A stretch of DNA of 64,000 nucleotides from an uncultured Gemmataceae bacterium. GTDB taxonomy: Bacteria > Planctomycetota > Planctomycetia > Gemmatales > Gemmataceae. The position numbers were made by a program, and so were the translations under genes. The stretch covers positions 2,208,001 through 2,272,000 of the forward strand of contig CAVVPN010000011.1 in assembly GCA_963750165.1 (NCBI GenBank). Reading direction: 5' to 3'. Under the pieces are notes generated by a model. The model made no database searches, was not told the DNA's origin, and saw only the letters and a list, made by a program, of their open reading frames with translations. This document shows, piece by piece, positions 10,236 through 21,732 of the stretch; the first letter of the stretch is position 1, and every line of letters starts with the position of its first letter.

Positions 10236-11556
10236 TCAACTCCCGGCAGCCACTTCGCTCAGCGCCTGCCGCGCCGCCGTGATCGTCTGGTCGATGTGCT
10301 GCGCCGTCATCGCCGCGGACAGGAACGCCGCCTCAAACTGGCTGCACGGCAGATACACGCCGCGGTCCAGCATCGCCCAGAAGAATTTGCCGAAGCGTTT
10401 CACATCGCTCTTGCGCCGAGTCATAATCGGTCACCGGCGCCGCGCTGAAGAACAGCGTCCACATGCTGCCGACACGCGCCAGATGGAGTGGCACACCCGC
10501 GGCGCGCGCCGCCTGGCCCAGCCCCGCGACGAGCTTCTGCCCCAGCCTGTCCAGCCGCTCATACGGCGGCTGCTCCTTCAGTTCTTGCAGCGTCGCCAGG
10601 CCGGCGGCCATCGCCAGGGGGTTGCCGGACAGCGTGCCCGCCTGGAACACCGGCCCGGCCGGCATCACCTTGCTCATGATATCCGCCCGGCCGCCGTACG
10701 CACCCACCGGCAGGCCGCCGCCCACGATCTTGCCCAGCACCGTCAGGTCCGGCTGCTGCTTGAATAACTGCTGCGCCCCGCCCGGCGCCAGGCGGAAGCC
10801 GGTCATCACCTCGTCGTAGATCAGCAGACTGCCGTGCCGCAGCGTCAGGGCGCGTAACTCCGCCAGGAACCCCGGCGCCGGCATCACCAGGCCCATGTTG
10901 CCGGCCACTGGCTCCAGGATGACGCCGGCAATGCGGTCGCCGTGCGCCGCGAAAGCGGCGGTCAGGCCCCGCACGTCGTTGTAGCGCAGCAGCAGCGTGT
11001 CGGCGGTGCAGCCGACGGGCACGCCGGGGCTGTTCGGCACGCCCAGCGTCGTGGCGCTGGAGCCGGCCGCCACCAGCAGGCTATCGACGTGGCCGTGGTA
11101 GCAGCCGGCGAACTTGACGATCACATCGCGGCCGGTGAAGCCGCGCGCCAGCCGGATGGCGCTCATCGACGCCTCGGTGCCGCTGCTCACCATGCGCACC
11201 ATCTCAATCGACGGCACCAGTTCGATGATGAGCGCCGCCAGCTCGCTCTCCAGCTCGGTCGGGGCGCCGAAGGTGGCACCCTTGCGCAGCGCCGCCTCGA
11301 CTGCCTGGACCACGCGCGGGTGGCAGTGGCCCAGGATGAGCGGGCCCCAGGAGCCGCAGTAGTCGAGGTAGCGATGGCCGTCCACGTCGAAGAGGTACGG
11401 TCCCTCGCCGCGGTCGATGAACAGCGGCTGGCCGCCGACGCCACCGAAGGCGCGAGCGGGGCTGTTGACGCCGCCGGGGATCAGGTCACAGGCGCGGGCG
11501 AACGCCGCCCGGCTGCGCTCACGGGATGGTGCGGGGGGCACGGGGTACGTCTCCAT
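10236..11556 (-). CDS. hemL: Glutamate-1-semialdehyde 2,1-aminomutase; frameshift near 10412
   Basis: [50 protein letters not shown]-terminal PCSQFEA in the adjacent frame. Confidence 0.93.
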
Positions 11557-13310
11557 ACATCGGGGTCGGTCAGAACCAGCGCGGCGGGCGCGGCGAACCA
11601 CGGCACCGCGTCGGGCCGCCGCGACGACTTTGTCGGCAGGGCGAGCAGGTGTTTTTTGGCGAGCAAGAACCACTTGCGCGTCTTTGGGTCGTCGCGCTCA
11701 CTCTGTTCCTCGGGGATCAGTTTTTCCCAGAGTTTGCGGGCGTTTTTGTTTTTGTCCTTGTCCTTGTTCTTCTCCCAACGGAGCGCCTCGACCGCGATGG
11801 TTTCGCGCTCATCGGCGGGCTTATGTTTCGGGTCCGCCAGGGTCTTTTCCAACTCGTCCACCCTGTCCAGCCGCGCCAACCGTTCCTGCGCGACCAGGGC
11901 AAATTTACGCTTATCCTCGTCGCTACTGTCCTTGTTTTTGACGAGCTTATTCCAAAGGCTGCGGGCGTCGGCGAGTTTGCCGTCATTCTCATCCTTGACG
12001 CCTTGACGGAAGATTTTCTCGTCGGCATCGAGCCCAACCTTCTCCTCTTTGCCCAGGCGAACCATCAAATGGTCCTCCAGCAGGCGCGCGTCCACCTGGT
12101 CGGCCCAGGCCTTGACCCTCTGGGTCTTCTCGTTGTCCTGGTCGCCGTAGTAGGCGAGGTAATCCTTGATCGGCCCCTCGCGGGCGTCCTTCCACAGTTC
12201 CGTGTCGTTGCTATCGATCAGCCGCTTGGCTCGTTTGTACAAGTCATCGGCATCCGGCCGCCGCAGAAATACCAGGTAAAACACAACGCCGACAAACAGC
12301 AGCAGCGTCACCAGGCCGACGACCTGGAACCAGCCCTGGCGGTAGAACGGCACCTGCTCTTCCTTCTTTTTCTTCTTGCGCAGCAGCGCCCGGGCGGCTT
12401 CCTTGTCCTCGTCGGACAGCGCCTTCTGCTCCGGCAGCCGGTCGCCGACGCGGGAGCGGGCGGCCTCCACGCCGGCGCTCTGCCGGGCCTCGACCTTTTC
12501 CTGGACGCGGCCCAGCGCTTCGCCGACGGCCGCGGCGTTCAGGGGGCGGTGCTCCGGCTTCTTGGCCAGCAGCTGATCGATGAGCGTATCCAGCCACGGC
12601 GGCACATCGACGAACTGGGCGACGCGCGGCGGCTTGACCTTGACGTGCTTGAGGAACATGTCCATCGGACTGTCCGCGATCAGCGGCTTGCGGCCCGTCA
12701 GCAGTTCGAAGAACATGACGCCCATCGAATACAGGTCGGACTTGTGCGTCAGGTCGCGTTCGCCCTTGCACTGCTCCGGCGACATGTACGAGGCGGTGCC
12801 GACGGTGCAGTTGGCCTCCGTCAGCGCGGTCACGTCCAGGTCCTTGGCGATGCCGAAGTCCGTCAGCTTGACGGTGTCGTCGGGCAGCACCATGATGTTG
12901 GACGGCTTGAGGTCGCGGTGGACGATGCCCTGGTTGTGGGCGTGCTGCAGCGCGGCGCAGAGCTGCTGGCCGAGCGTGACCAAATGTTCCCAGCTAATGC
13001 GGTCGCGGCGGGCCATGACGCGGTCGAGCGATTCGCCCTCGACGTACTCCATCGCGTAAAAGGGCATGCCGTTGAACTTGCCGGTGGCGACGAGCTTGAC
13101 GATGTTGGGATGCTTGAGCTGTTTGAGGATGGCCGACTCGCGCTTGAAGCGGAGCATGGCGGTCTCGTTGGCGGCGAGGTTGGGCGAGACCACCTTGATG
13201 GCGACGTGCTGGCCCGTCTCATCGTGGCGGGCGCGGTAGACGGCGCCCATGGCGCCGGCGCCGATCTCCTTTTCGACCAGGAACGGCCCGATTTTTTGTC
13301 CGACCAGCAT
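11481..13310 (-). CDS. Membrane-anchored Ser/Thr protein kinase (true 3' end uncertain)
   Basis: [23 protein letters not shown] and SPE motifs; TM helix after the kinase domain. Confidence 0.92.
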   Translation of the reverse strand: MLVGQKIGPFLVEKEIGAGAMGAVYRARHDETGQHVAIKVVSPNLAANETAMLRFKRESAILKQLKHPNIVKLVATGKFNGMPFYAMEYVEGESLDRVMARRDRISWEHLVTLGQQLCAALQHAHNQGIVHRDLKPSNIMVLPDDTVKLTDFGIAKDLDVTALTEANCTVGTASYMSPEQCKGERDLTHKSDLYSMGVMFFELLTGRKPLIADSPMDMFLKHVKVKPPRVAQFVDVPPWLDTLIDQLLAKKPEHRPLNAAAVGEALGRVQEKVEARQSAGVEAARSRVGDRLPEQKALSDEDKEAARALLRKKKKKEEQVPFYRQGWFQVVGLVTLLLFVGVVFYLVFLRRPDADDLYKRAKRLIDSNDTELWKDAREGPIKDYLAYYGDQDNEKTQRVKAWADQVDARLLEDHLMVRLGKEEKVGLDADEKIFRQGVKDENDGKLADARSLWNKLVKNKDSSDEDKRKFALVAQERLARLDRVDELEKTLADPKHKPADERETIAVEALRWEKNKDKDKNKNARKLWEKLIPEEQSERDDPKTRKWFLLAKKHLLALPTKSSRRPDAVPWFAAPAALVLTDPDVWRRTPCPPHHPVSAAGRRSPAPVT

Positions 13311-13341
13311 GGGGGGAACCTCGCCGTGCGAAAACTCACGT

Positions 13342-13443
13342 TATTGCAGATTGCGAATGGGTGTAGCGGAAGTCGCCAGACTTCCGAGCAGCACCGGACG
13401 GAAGTCTGGCGACTTCCGCTACACCCAAACGCAAATCGCTCTA
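13342..13443. mobile_element. TA-flanked MITE with REP pair (same type as 7131-7232)
   Basis: 100 bp between TA dinucleotides; the right-hand TA lies in the TAG stop of the adjacent gene. Confidence 0.8.
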
Positions 13444-13740
13444 GAACCGCTTCGACTGAATCTTGTCGCTGTACAGTTCGCGATCTGCCTCCTGGCGCTC
13501 ACGCAGTTCCTCCGCCTCCTTCTCGGCGGCCACCTGCTGGGTCAGGGCCTGGCCCCACAGCACGTAGTGCAGAAAGCCCACCGCGGCCATGATGGCCACG
13601 GTCACGACGACGTAGAGGAAGAAGCCGCCGCTGGCGTAGATCAGGAAGAACAAAAAACCGCCGCCGAACAGCGCCACCAGCGCGAAGGTCAGCAAGCTGC
13701 CGCGCTGCTGTTGCTCGGGTGTGGGATCCTTGGGGTGCAT
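13441..13740 (-). CDS. Small two-TM membrane protein
   Basis: Two hydrophobic helices; GGAGG RBS. Confidence 0.75.
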   Translation of the reverse strand: MHPKDPTPEQQQRGSLLTFALVALFGGGFLFFLIYASGGFFLYVVVTVAIMAAVGFLHYVLWGQALTQQVAAEKEAEELRERQEADRELYSDKIQSKRF

Positions 13741-13857
13741 GGTATCGCCTCCGGTTGGGCGCCGCGACCGCGGCGCGGTCTATTCTGGCCAGGGCGTTCA
13801 ATTCATTGTATCGTGCTCACAGGAGATTTCCCGTCCGCCGCCCGCACGGAACCCGCC

Positions 13858-15507
13858 ATGACGCACCGCAACCTCGCCGCTGCCCTCCACGCTCAGGCCG
13901 AGCGCCTCGGGCCGCGCACCGCCCTCCGTTACAAACACCACGGCCTCTACCACGACCTCTCCTGGCAGGAGTACCGCGCTGCCGCGCTGGCCTGCGCCGC
14001 CAGCCTGCTGGAAGCGGGCGTCCGGCCGGGCGACCGCGTTGGTGTCTGGGCGGAGAACAGTGTCGATTGGCTGATCGCGGACATGGGCCTGCTCACCGCC
14101 GGCGCCGTCAACGTACCGCCGCACGCGCCGCTGTCGGCCCGCCAGGTCCATTACGAACTGGCCGACGCCGGGGTGCGCTGGCTGTTCGTGTCCAACCAGG
14201 AGCAACTGCAAAAAATCCGTCAAATCCGCGGCGAACTGCCGGAACTGCACGGCGTCATCGTCTTCGACCAGGCGATTAGCACGGACGAGGCCCAGGGCTG
14301 GGCCGGCTTCCTGCAGCGCGGCCGGCTGGCGCTGTGCAAGCGCGGCGCCGAGTTGGAGCGCATCGAGGCGCAGTTGGGGCCGGACGATCTGGCGACGGTC
14401 ATTTACACATCGGGCACGACCGGCAAGCCCAAGGGCGTGATGCTGACGCACGGCAACCTGCTCAGCAACGCGGAGGCGACCGAGGCGGCGACGCACCGGC
14501 CGCCGGAGTCCGTGCTGCTCAGCTGGCTGCCGTTCAGCCACATCTACGCCCGCACGCTCGATCACTACCTCAGCATCATCGCCGGCGTCACGCTCTGTCT
14601 GGCCGAGTCCGCCGAAACGGTCGTGCAGAACCTCGCGGAGGTCCAGCCGACGCACCTGTCCGCGGTGCCGCGCTTCTACGAGAAAGTGTACGCCGCCGTC
14701 GCCGCGCTGCCGCCGGAGGACCGTGGCCGCCGTCTGCGTGCCCTCTTCGGCCCGCGCATGGAATATCTGAACTCCGGCGGCGCTCCGTTGCCGCCGGCGG
14801 TTGCCCGGGCGTACAAGGATGCGGGCCTGCTGGTGTTGCAGGGCTACGGCCTGACGGAGAGTTCGCCGGTCATCAGTTTCAACCGCCGCGAGCATTACAA
14901 GCTGGAGACGGTTGGCCAGGCGCTGCCGGGCGTCGAGGTGGCGGTGGCGCCGGACGGCGAGGTGCTGACGCGCGGGCCGCACGTCATGAAGGGCTACTGG
15001 AACAATCCGCAGGCGACCGCCGAGGCCCTCCGCGGTGGCTGGCTGCACACCGGCGACCTCGGCAGCCTCGACGCCGAAGGGTTTCTGACCATCACGGGCC
15101 GCAAGAAGGAACTGATGGTGCTGTCGAACGGCAAGAAGGTGGTGCCGTCGTACCTGGAAGGATTGCTGCTGGCGGATCCGTGCATCGACCAGGCGGCGGT
15201 TTACGGCGAGGGCAAGAATTTCTTGACGGCGATCATCGTGCCGCAGTGGGAGCAGGTGCGCAAGGTCATGGGTGTGCAGGGGGACGAGGAGCAGCTGGCC
15301 GCGAACCCGGCGGTGCAGGCGCTGCTACAGAAGCGCATCGCGGCGGCGCTGAAGGACGTGTCGAACTGGGAACAGATCAAGAAGTTCATGGTGCGCGCCC
15401 GGCCGTTCAGCGTCGGCTCGGAGGAGTTGACCGTCAGCCTGAAACTGCGGCGCAACGTCGTGTTCGAGCGGCACCGGGCGGACCTGGAAGCGCTGTATCG
15501 GGAGTAG
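13858..15507 (+). CDS. Long-chain fatty acid--CoA ligase (AMP-dependent synthetase)
   Basis: YTSGTTGKPKG, GYGLTE, WLHTGDLG and GRKK motifs. Confidence 0.92.
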   Translation: MTHRNLAAALHAQAERLGPRTALRYKHHGLYHDLSWQEYRAAALACAASLLEAGVRPGDRVGVWAENSVDWLIADMGLLTAGAVNVPPHAPLSARQVHYELADAGVRWLFVSNQEQLQKIRQIRGELPELHGVIVFDQAISTDEAQGWAGFLQRGRLALCKRGAELERIEAQLGPDDLATVIYTSGTTGKPKGVMLTHGNLLSNAEATEAATHRPPESVLLSWLPFSHIYARTLDHYLSIIAGVTLCLAESAETVVQNLAEVQPTHLSAVPRFYEKVYAAVAALPPEDRGRRLRALFGPRMEYLNSGGAPLPPAVARAYKDAGLLVLQGYGLTESSPVISFNRREHYKLETVGQALPGVEVAVAPDGEVLTRGPHVMKGYWNNPQATAEALRGGWLHTGDLGSLDAEGFLTITGRKKELMVLSNGKKVVPSYLEGLLLADPCIDQAAVYGEGKNFLTAIIVPQWEQVRKVMGVQGDEEQLAANPAVQALLQKRIAAALKDVSNWEQIKKFMVRARPFSVGSEELTVSLKLRRNVVFERHRADLEALYRE

Positions 15508-15583
15508 TCATTAGTCATTAGTCATAAGCGTTGCAGCCAGAAGCAGGACGCTTGTAACTAATGACTAATGACTACTGACTACT
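15505..15583. repeat. Inverted heptamer tandem arrays (TAGTCAT)n/(ATGACTA)n between convergent genes
   Basis: Directly visible; could form a hairpin. Confidence 0.7.
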
Positions 15584-15584
15584 A

Positions 15585-16190
15585 TCACAAAATGCCGGCG
15601 CCGAAATTATTGTTGTCGGCACGCTGGTCGTCGCGGGCGCTGACGGGCCGCGGGCTCTCGTGGCCCTGGGTGTGGGTGCCGCCGCGCTGGCCGTGCGGCG
15701 CGTGCGTGCGGTAGCCCTCCGGCCGTGGGCTGTTCAGTTCGCCGACCACCGTGGTGAAACTGTCCTCGAATTCGCCGCCGTCGTAGTCGTCGTAGCTGCA
15801 AACGTAGCCGGGTTGCTTGGCGCGTTCCCGTTCCTCCTGGAAGGCGCGGAGCACCGCCGTCTGGATGACCTCACGGCAGGCGGAATTGATCGGGTGCGCG
15901 ATGTCGGCGTGCAGCTTGGCCCGGCCGTCGGCGTCGCGCGTGGCCCGGTCCTCGTCGAGCTTGTGGCCGCACTGGTTGCAGTAGCGGGCCCGCAGATGGT
16001 TCTTGCAGCCACACTGGTGGCAGCGGTCGGTGAGCTTGCGGCTCGGCATGGCCACAAACGAGCCCTTCGTGCCCTCAATGATCTTCAGGTCGCGCACGAC
16101 GAACGCATCGTCGAACGTGACCGAGCAGAAGGCCTGGAGGCGCTCGTTGTTGTCTTCCATGAGCTTGATCCGGACTTCGGTGATCACCAC
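15585..16190 (-). CDS. spoVG: SpoVG family protein with zinc-ribbon insertion
   Basis: ITEVRI, SVTFDD, FVAMPSRK, DIAHPIN; CxxC...CxxC insert; AGGAG RBS before GTG. Confidence 0.88.
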   Translation of the reverse strand: MVITEVRIKLMEDNNERLQAFCSVTFDDAFVVRDLKIIEGTKGSFVAMPSRKLTDRCHQCGCKNHLRARYCNQCGHKLDEDRATRDADGRAKLHADIAHPINSACREVIQTAVLRAFQEERERAKQPGYVCSYDDYDGGEFEDSFTTVVGELNSPRPEGYRTHAPHGQRGGTHTQGHESPRPVSARDDQRADNNNFGAGIL

Positions 16191-16296
16191 AGCTGTTCTC
16201 CTTTTTTTCTGTGGCACTATCCAGGTGGAAGCAGGCGTCCCCCGTCCTCAAGGGCTCGCCTACCCCCCTCGTCGGCGCCGGGTGCCTCCCGCCGGC

Positions 16297-17181
16297 CTAC
16301 GAGCAACTCCGCACCAGGTAGATCCGTGTACGCTCTTGTCCGTCCGCGGACTGACGCAGTTCCTGCGCGAGCCGCTGGGCCTCGCGCCGATCCCGACACA
16401 GGGCGAACAGGCTGCTGCCACTGCCGCTCATCAACTGGCCCGCCGGCCGCAGCGCCGCCAGGCGGGCGTACTCTTCCCCGATCCGCGGGCACAACGCCTC
16501 GGCCACGGGTTGCAACCGGTTGTGCAGCCGGCGGCCGATTTCCTCCGGGTCGCCCCGTCCCAGCGCCACCAGGATGCTGGCGCCGCTCTGCGGCTGGGCG
16601 GGCACGGTCAGAGTTCGATACACGTCCGCGGTGGCCAGGCCGACCGGCGGGCACACGAGCACGAACCATTGTTGTCGGGCCAACGGCACCGCTCGCGTCT
16701 GTTCGCCGCGGCCCGTACACCAGGCGGCCGGCGTGGCGAAGAAGAACGGGATGTCGCTGCCGAGCTGGGCGGCCAACCCGGCCAGTTCCGACGGCGGCAG
16801 TCCCAGGCCCCACAGGGCGTTCAGCCCGGCCAGGGTCGCCGCGGCGTCCGTCGAGCCTCCCGCCAGCCCGGCCGCCATCGGGATGCGCTTCACCAACCGG
16901 ATATCGGCCCCGCGCGCACTCGGAGCGTGCTGCTGCAACAGCCGCGCGGCGCGCACGATCAAATTGTCGGGGCCGGTGGAGAGGTCCCGGACATCGCAGC
17001 GCAGGTGGAGTTCCGGCGTCGGCACTTCGCGGAACACCAGCGTGTCGAACAGGCTGACCGCGACCAGGAGCGTTTCCAGCTCGTGGTAACCGTCCGGCCG
17101 TTTCGCCAGCACTTCCAGATAGAGATTCACCTTGGCCGGCGCCCAGACCACCACGTCGTTCACGTAGCGCGTGATCAGCAT
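16297..17181 (-). CDS. ispE: 4-diphosphocytidyl-2-C-methyl-D-erythritol kinase
   Basis: APAKVNL, KRPDGYHE, PMAAGLAGGSTDAA, LGSDIP, MSGSGS. Confidence 0.95.
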   Translation of the reverse strand: MLITRYVNDVVVWAPAKVNLYLEVLAKRPDGYHELETLLVAVSLFDTLVFREVPTPELHLRCDVRDLSTGPDNLIVRAARLLQQHAPSARGADIRLVKRIPMAAGLAGGSTDAAATLAGLNALWGLGLPPSELAGLAAQLGSDIPFFFATPAAWCTGRGEQTRAVPLARQQWFVLVCPPVGLATADVYRTLTVPAQPQSGASILVALGRGDPEEIGRRLHNRLQPVAEALCPRIGEEYARLAALRPAGQLMSGSGSSLFALCRDRREAQRLAQELRQSADGQERTRIYLVRSCS

Positions 17182-17534
17182 GGGGGTAGGTGCGGGAGGG
17201 GAAGGGAACCCCATCCGTGGGAACAAACAATCATACCCGATGAAATTCCTTTTTCTACGGGAGTGGGCCACGCTGGAAGGCAGGCCCGTGTACCCAAGGT
17301 GCGTGATCTCAGAAGTAGAGCGGGGATATTACCCCACGGAGGGCCGGGGCGTCAAGGGGGCTCTGCCACAGGTTTCGCACTTTTCGCGCAATTTCTTCCC
17401 CGTGCCGTCATGGGCCAGGGTCCGCACAATACAGGAAAGTGTTCAGTGTTCAGTCATCAATCCTGACTGCAAAACGGGTTCCGACGTGGTGTCTTCACTG
17501 AACACGGAAAACTGAACACTCAACTGGAGGTTGC

Positions 17535-18767
17535 ATGTTCGTCACTCACCTCGAAAGCGCCCTCGACGGCACGCGCTTCGCCGCCGGCCAGGTCCACACT
17601 GTTCACCAGGGCCGGCCGCTCTGGGTTCGCTACGACCTCGACCGCGTCCGTGCCACCGTCCGCCCCGCGGACTTCGCCGCCCGACCGCCGTCGCTGTGGC
17701 GCTACCGCGAACTGCTGCCACTGCCCCAGGACGCCGAGCCCGTCACGCTCGGCGAAGGCCTGTCGCCGCTGCTGCCGTGCCCGCGCCTGGGACGCGAACT
17801 CGGGTTGTCGCGCCTGCTCATCAAGGACGAGTCGCAGTTGCCGACCGGAAGCTTCAAGAGCCGTGGCATGGCGGCGGCCGTCAGCATGGCGAAGCACTTC
17901 GACCTGAAACGCCTGGCGGTGCCGACCGCGGGCAACGCCGGCGGTGCCCTCGCCGCCTACGGGGCGCGCGCCGGCCTGGAGGTGTACGTCTTCATGCCCG
18001 AGGACACGCCGCGCATCAACCAGATTGAGGCGTACCTCTGCGGCGCCCACGTGTTCCTGGTCAACGGCCTCATCAACGACTGCGGCCGCCTGGTGCGCGA
18101 GGGCACCGAGCCGATGGGCTGGTTCGACATGTCCACGCTCAAGGAGCCGTACCGCCTGGAGGGCAAGAAGACGATGGGCCTGGAGATCGCGGAGCAACTC
18201 GGCTGGCGGCTGCCGGACGTGATCCTGTATCCGACCGGCGGCGGCACCGGCCTGATCGGCATGTGGAAAGCGTTCGCCGAACTGAAGGAACTCGGCTGGC
18301 TCCGGTCGGACCAACTGCCGCGGTTGATTTCGTGTCAGAGCGCCGGCTGTGCGCCGATTGTGCGGGCGTTCGAGAAGGGCGAGCGCTTCGCGGAGCTGTT
18401 CCCGAACGCACACACCGTGGCCAGTGGGCTGCGCGTGCCGGCGGCGGTCGGCGACTTCATGATGCTGGACGCGATTCGCGAAAGCGGCGGCCTGGCGCTG
18501 GCCGGCCGCGAGGGCAGCATCCTCGACTGGATGCGCCGCGTGGCGGCGCTGGAGGGCATCGCCATCTGCCCGGAGACGGCGGTGTGCTTCGACTGCCTGG
18601 CACAGCTGCGGGCGGCGGGACAGGTCCGCGCGGACGAGGAGGTCATCGTGTTCAACACGGGAGCGGCCCAAAAATACCCGGAGGCAGTGCCGGTGCAACT
18701 GTCGCGCCTCGACAAGGATAGGCCGATTGATTACGCAGCACTGGCTGCACCCTCCACCGGTTCGTGA
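17535..18767 (+). CDS. thrC: Threonine synthase
   Basis: TLGEG, PTGSFKSRG (PLP Lys), AGNAG, EGKKT, PTGGG. Confidence 0.9.
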   Translation: MFVTHLESALDGTRFAAGQVHTVHQGRPLWVRYDLDRVRATVRPADFAARPPSLWRYRELLPLPQDAEPVTLGEGLSPLLPCPRLGRELGLSRLLIKDESQLPTGSFKSRGMAAAVSMAKHFDLKRLAVPTAGNAGGALAAYGARAGLEVYVFMPEDTPRINQIEAYLCGAHVFLVNGLINDCGRLVREGTEPMGWFDMSTLKEPYRLEGKKTMGLEIAEQLGWRLPDVILYPTGGGTGLIGMWKAFAELKELGWLRSDQLPRLISCQSAGCAPIVRAFEKGERFAELFPNAHTVASGLRVPAAVGDFMMLDAIRESGGLALAGREGSILDWMRRVAALEGIAICPETAVCFDCLAQLRAAGQVRADEEVIVFNTGAAQKYPEAVPVQLSRLDKDRPIDYAALAAPSTGS

Positions 18768-18787
18768 GGACTCAGCGGGGCATCGTC

Positions 18788-18853
18788 TGGCGTGGGTTGT
18801 CGCAGCAAGGGGGCCAAGGAGGCCAAGGGGGCCAACATTTTCACACGTCGAGA
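18788..18853 (+). repeat. Dispersed nonamer-array repeat, copy 3
   Basis: TGGCGTGGGTTG...GCAAGGGGGCCAAGGAGGCCAAGGGGGCCAACATTTTCACACGTCGAGA. Confidence 0.75.
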
Positions 18854-18894
18854 GTTATTATTCCTGGGGCAGCGCGGCGCCGTGCGAGAGTTGC

Positions 18895-18923
18895 TTGACC
18901 GGGCCGCGGAAACGTTTTAAGAT
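18895..18923 (+). promoter_or_regulatory. Sigma70-like promoter
   Basis: TTGACC-N17-TAAGAT upstream of the GGAGG RBS and ATG at 18967. Confidence 0.55.
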
Positions 18924-18966
18924 CAAACCATATTGGTGCGCACATCAGCCCCTGGAGGACTTGCCA

Positions 18967-20146
18967 ATGCGAAGGTTGCAACGGTTCACCTTACTGGCCG
19001 CTCTGGCGGCGCTGACGGCGCTGCTGGGTCCGGCGAGCGCCTCGGCTCAGCCGGAGAAGCCCAAGGCTGTGGAATTCGTCACGGCCGACGGCGTTGAGCT
19101 GCACGGGACTTTCTACCCCAGCAGCAAGGCCAAGGCACGCACGGTTTTGATGTTGCACGACTTTGGCGAGCACAGCCGCAAGGCCGACTGGGTGCGGCTG
19201 GCCAAGTCGCTGCAGGCCAAGGGCTACGCGGTACTGACCTTCGACTTCCGGGGCCACGGCGAGAGCACCAAGGTGACCAAGCCGGGCATCTACGATGTCA
19301 ACCCGGCACTGGCATCCCCGGGCTTCTGGGACAAGCAGGAAAATCAGTTCGGCATCAGGGGGTACATGGCCAACAATCCCAAAAAACCTCGGCCGACCGA
19401 GATCGAATTCACGCAATTCACGCCGACCTATCACCGTATCCTGGTCAACGACATCGCCGCCGCCAAGGCCTACCTCGATCAGCTGAACGACAACGGCGAG
19501 TGCAACTCCGGCGACCTCGTGCTGCTGGGCGCCCGCGAAGGGGCGACGCTGGGAGCCATCTGGTTGAACTCGGAGTGGCATCGCTTCAAGTGGCTGCCGC
19601 CGCAGCCCGGCCTGCCCAACGGCGGACTCGACCTGCAAAACCCGGAAGGCCAGGCCGTCGTCGCCGCCGTCTGGTTGAGCCTCACGGACCAGATGGCCGG
19701 CCCCAAGGACAAAACCCCCTACCGGGTTAGCCCCGTCGGTATCCTGTACGAGCCGGGCAAGAAACGCACGACCCCGATGGTCTTCTTCTACGGCGACGGG
19801 GACACCAAGGGCAAAGCGCTGGCGGTGCAATGCGAGAAGGCGATCCGGGGCAACGATAAGAAGAATTACCCCTTCACCGGTGCCGTCAAGGTGGGTGGGG
19901 CGCAACGCGCAGGCCGGCATGGGGCTGCTGTCCCAGTCGCTGAAGACGGACAAGGAAATCCTCACATACCTGGAGAACGCGCTGGAAGGCAAGTCGGTGC
20001 CGGTCAAGACGCGCATCAACACTCAGGACAGCTACATGTGGCAGACCGTGGTCAACGGTCAGGTGCAGCGGGCGGTGGCCCGGCAACAGGGGCTGACCAT
20101 CCCGAACTTCATCAGCTACCAGTACTTCACCGGCACCACGCGCTAA
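18967..20146 (+). CDS. Secreted alpha/beta-hydrolase-fold protein; frameshift near 19900
   Basis: Signal peptide; TADGVEL, MLHD, FDFRGHGES; nucleophile elbow is GAREG (no Ser). Confidence 0.7.
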
Positions 20147-20235
20147 TCCCGCCGCCCCTGGCTCCGACCCACCCGCGACGCCGCGGGTGGGTCTTTTTGT
20201 TCCCCGCCTGGCCGGAGTGCCAAGGAGTCCGCGCC

Positions 20236-20818
20236 ATGAACCGCGCCGCCGCCTTCGCCCTGTTGTGCGAGTACGTGCAAGACCTGAGCCTGCGCCGCCA
20301 CATGCAGAGCGTCGAGGCGGCCATGCGCGCCTACGCCCGCAAGCTCGGCGAAGACGAGGAGAAGTGGGGTGTCGTCGGTCTGCTGCACGACTTCGACTAC
20401 GAGCGCTGGCCCGACCCGCCGGACCACCCGCTCAGGGGCAGCGAAATTCTGCGCGAACGCGGCTACCCCGACGACGTGCGCTACGCCATCTGTTCCCATG
20501 CCGACTACCTGCCCGACTACCCGCGCGTCCACCTGCTGGACCAGGCGCTCTACGCCTGTGACGAGCTGGCGGGGCTGATCACCGCGGCGGCGCTGGTGCG
20601 GCCGCACGGCATCACCGACCTGACCGCCGCCAGCGTCAAGAAGAAGATGAAGTCGAAAGGCTTCGCCCGCAACGTCAAGCGCGAGGACATCGACCGCGGT
20701 GCAGGCTGACTTCGGCGTCGAACTGACAGAGCACATCCAGTTCGTCATCGACGCCATGAAACCGCTGGCCGCCGAGCTGGGCCTGGAGCGCGGCGCTGGC
20801 GGCCCGGACGAGGGCTGA
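20236..20818 (+). CDS. HD-domain (HDIG) hydrolase; frameshift near 20703
   Basis: RRHMQSVE, LLHDFDYE, ACDEL, KGFARNV; C-terminus EHIQFVIDAM in the next frame. Confidence 0.85.
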
Positions 20819-20882
20819 CCGGCCGGCCGAAAGTAGGATCCAAGGAGAATGCAGGAAAAATCCAGTTCGCGGCCGTTTTTCC

Positions 20883-20911
20883 TTGACGAAGCGTGTGGGA
20901 CCGCATAAGTT
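20883..20911 (+). promoter_or_regulatory. Sigma70-like promoter
   Basis: TTGACG-N17-TAAGTT. Confidence 0.4.
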
Positions 20912-21184
20912 CCACCATACCTCTTCCCTCGCTATTCCCAAGGTCGGGCTCATGAAGTCGCCCCGGGTACGCCTGGAACCGCAACGCACGGACGTGGTCA
21001 GCCGGGAACGGTTCGGGAGGCGGAAAAACGCCTGATCCCTTTCTCATCTAATTCTCATGGCCTTGTCCTATGCTCTGGGGTAGTGAACGGAACGGGCGAG
21101 GCGCGACGAATCAACGGAGACAATTCCCGGTACGGGACCGGGATGGCGGGTGCTTTGTTGTGTGACACAACAAAAGGAGCAACC

Positions 21185-21628
21185 ATGAAGAAGTTCGTGT
21201 GCGCGGCGGTGGTGGCCTGCGTGGCGTTCTGCCTGGCTCAGGCAGATGAGTTCACGGCGGTGATCACCAAGGTCCAGGACGGCAAGGTGACGTTCAAGAA
21301 GTTCAAGGGCTTCAACAAGGAAGAGAAGAAGGTCGATCTCGGCGACGAGACGACCCTGCCGGCCACCAGCACGGTCAAGGTGACCAAGGGTAAGTTCGAC
21401 AAGGACACCAAGAAGGTGGATTACACGGCCGTCGAGGGCGGCCTGTCGAACGAGATGTTCAAGAACATCGGTGAGGCCAAGAAGGGCAAGGGCAAGGGCA
21501 AGGGCAAGGGCGGCTTCAACGTCGGCGGCATGATGGCCACCATCGTCACCGACTCCAGCAACAAGAACATCACCGAAATCAAGATCGGCGGCGGCGGCTT
21601 CTTCGGCAAAAAGAAGAAGGACCAGTAA
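21185..21628 (+). CDS. Secreted Lys/Gly-rich hypothetical protein
   Basis: AAGGAG RBS; signal peptide; KGKGKG tract. Confidence 0.8.
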   Translation: MKKFVCAAVVACVAFCLAQADEFTAVITKVQDGKVTFKKFKGFNKEEKKVDLGDETTLPATSTVKVTKGKFDKDTKKVDYTAVEGGLSNEMFKNIGEAKKGKGKGKGKGGFNVGGMMATIVTDSSNKNITEIKIGGGGFFGKKKKDQ

Positions 21629-21647
21629 TCCTTCCGCGTCGGCAACC

Positions 21648-21681
21648 AGGCACCTCCGCGCACGCGGGGGTGCCTTTTTTC
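21648..21681 (+). terminator. Rho-independent terminator
   Basis: AGGCACCTCCGCG-CA-CGCGGGGGTGCCT followed by a T tract. Confidence 0.8.
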
Positions 21682-21732
21682 TTGCGGCTCCCGCGCGACT
21701 GGTCATCATCTTACCAATCGGTTTGTGTGATG

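Noticed and set aside
17439..17520. Heptamer inverted arrays here and at 15505 and 29913 as a novel system
   Set aside because: They resemble common short tandem intergenic repeats; no further structure supports more.
18727..20709. 660-aa hydrolase-HD fusion ORF
   Set aside because: It results from a frameshift near 19900. A stop at 20146, a hairpin and a separate RBS divide the two genes.
20915..21180. Long leader before the Lys-rich gene as a possible riboswitch
   Set aside because: I recognise no aptamer motif; an Rfam search would be needed.
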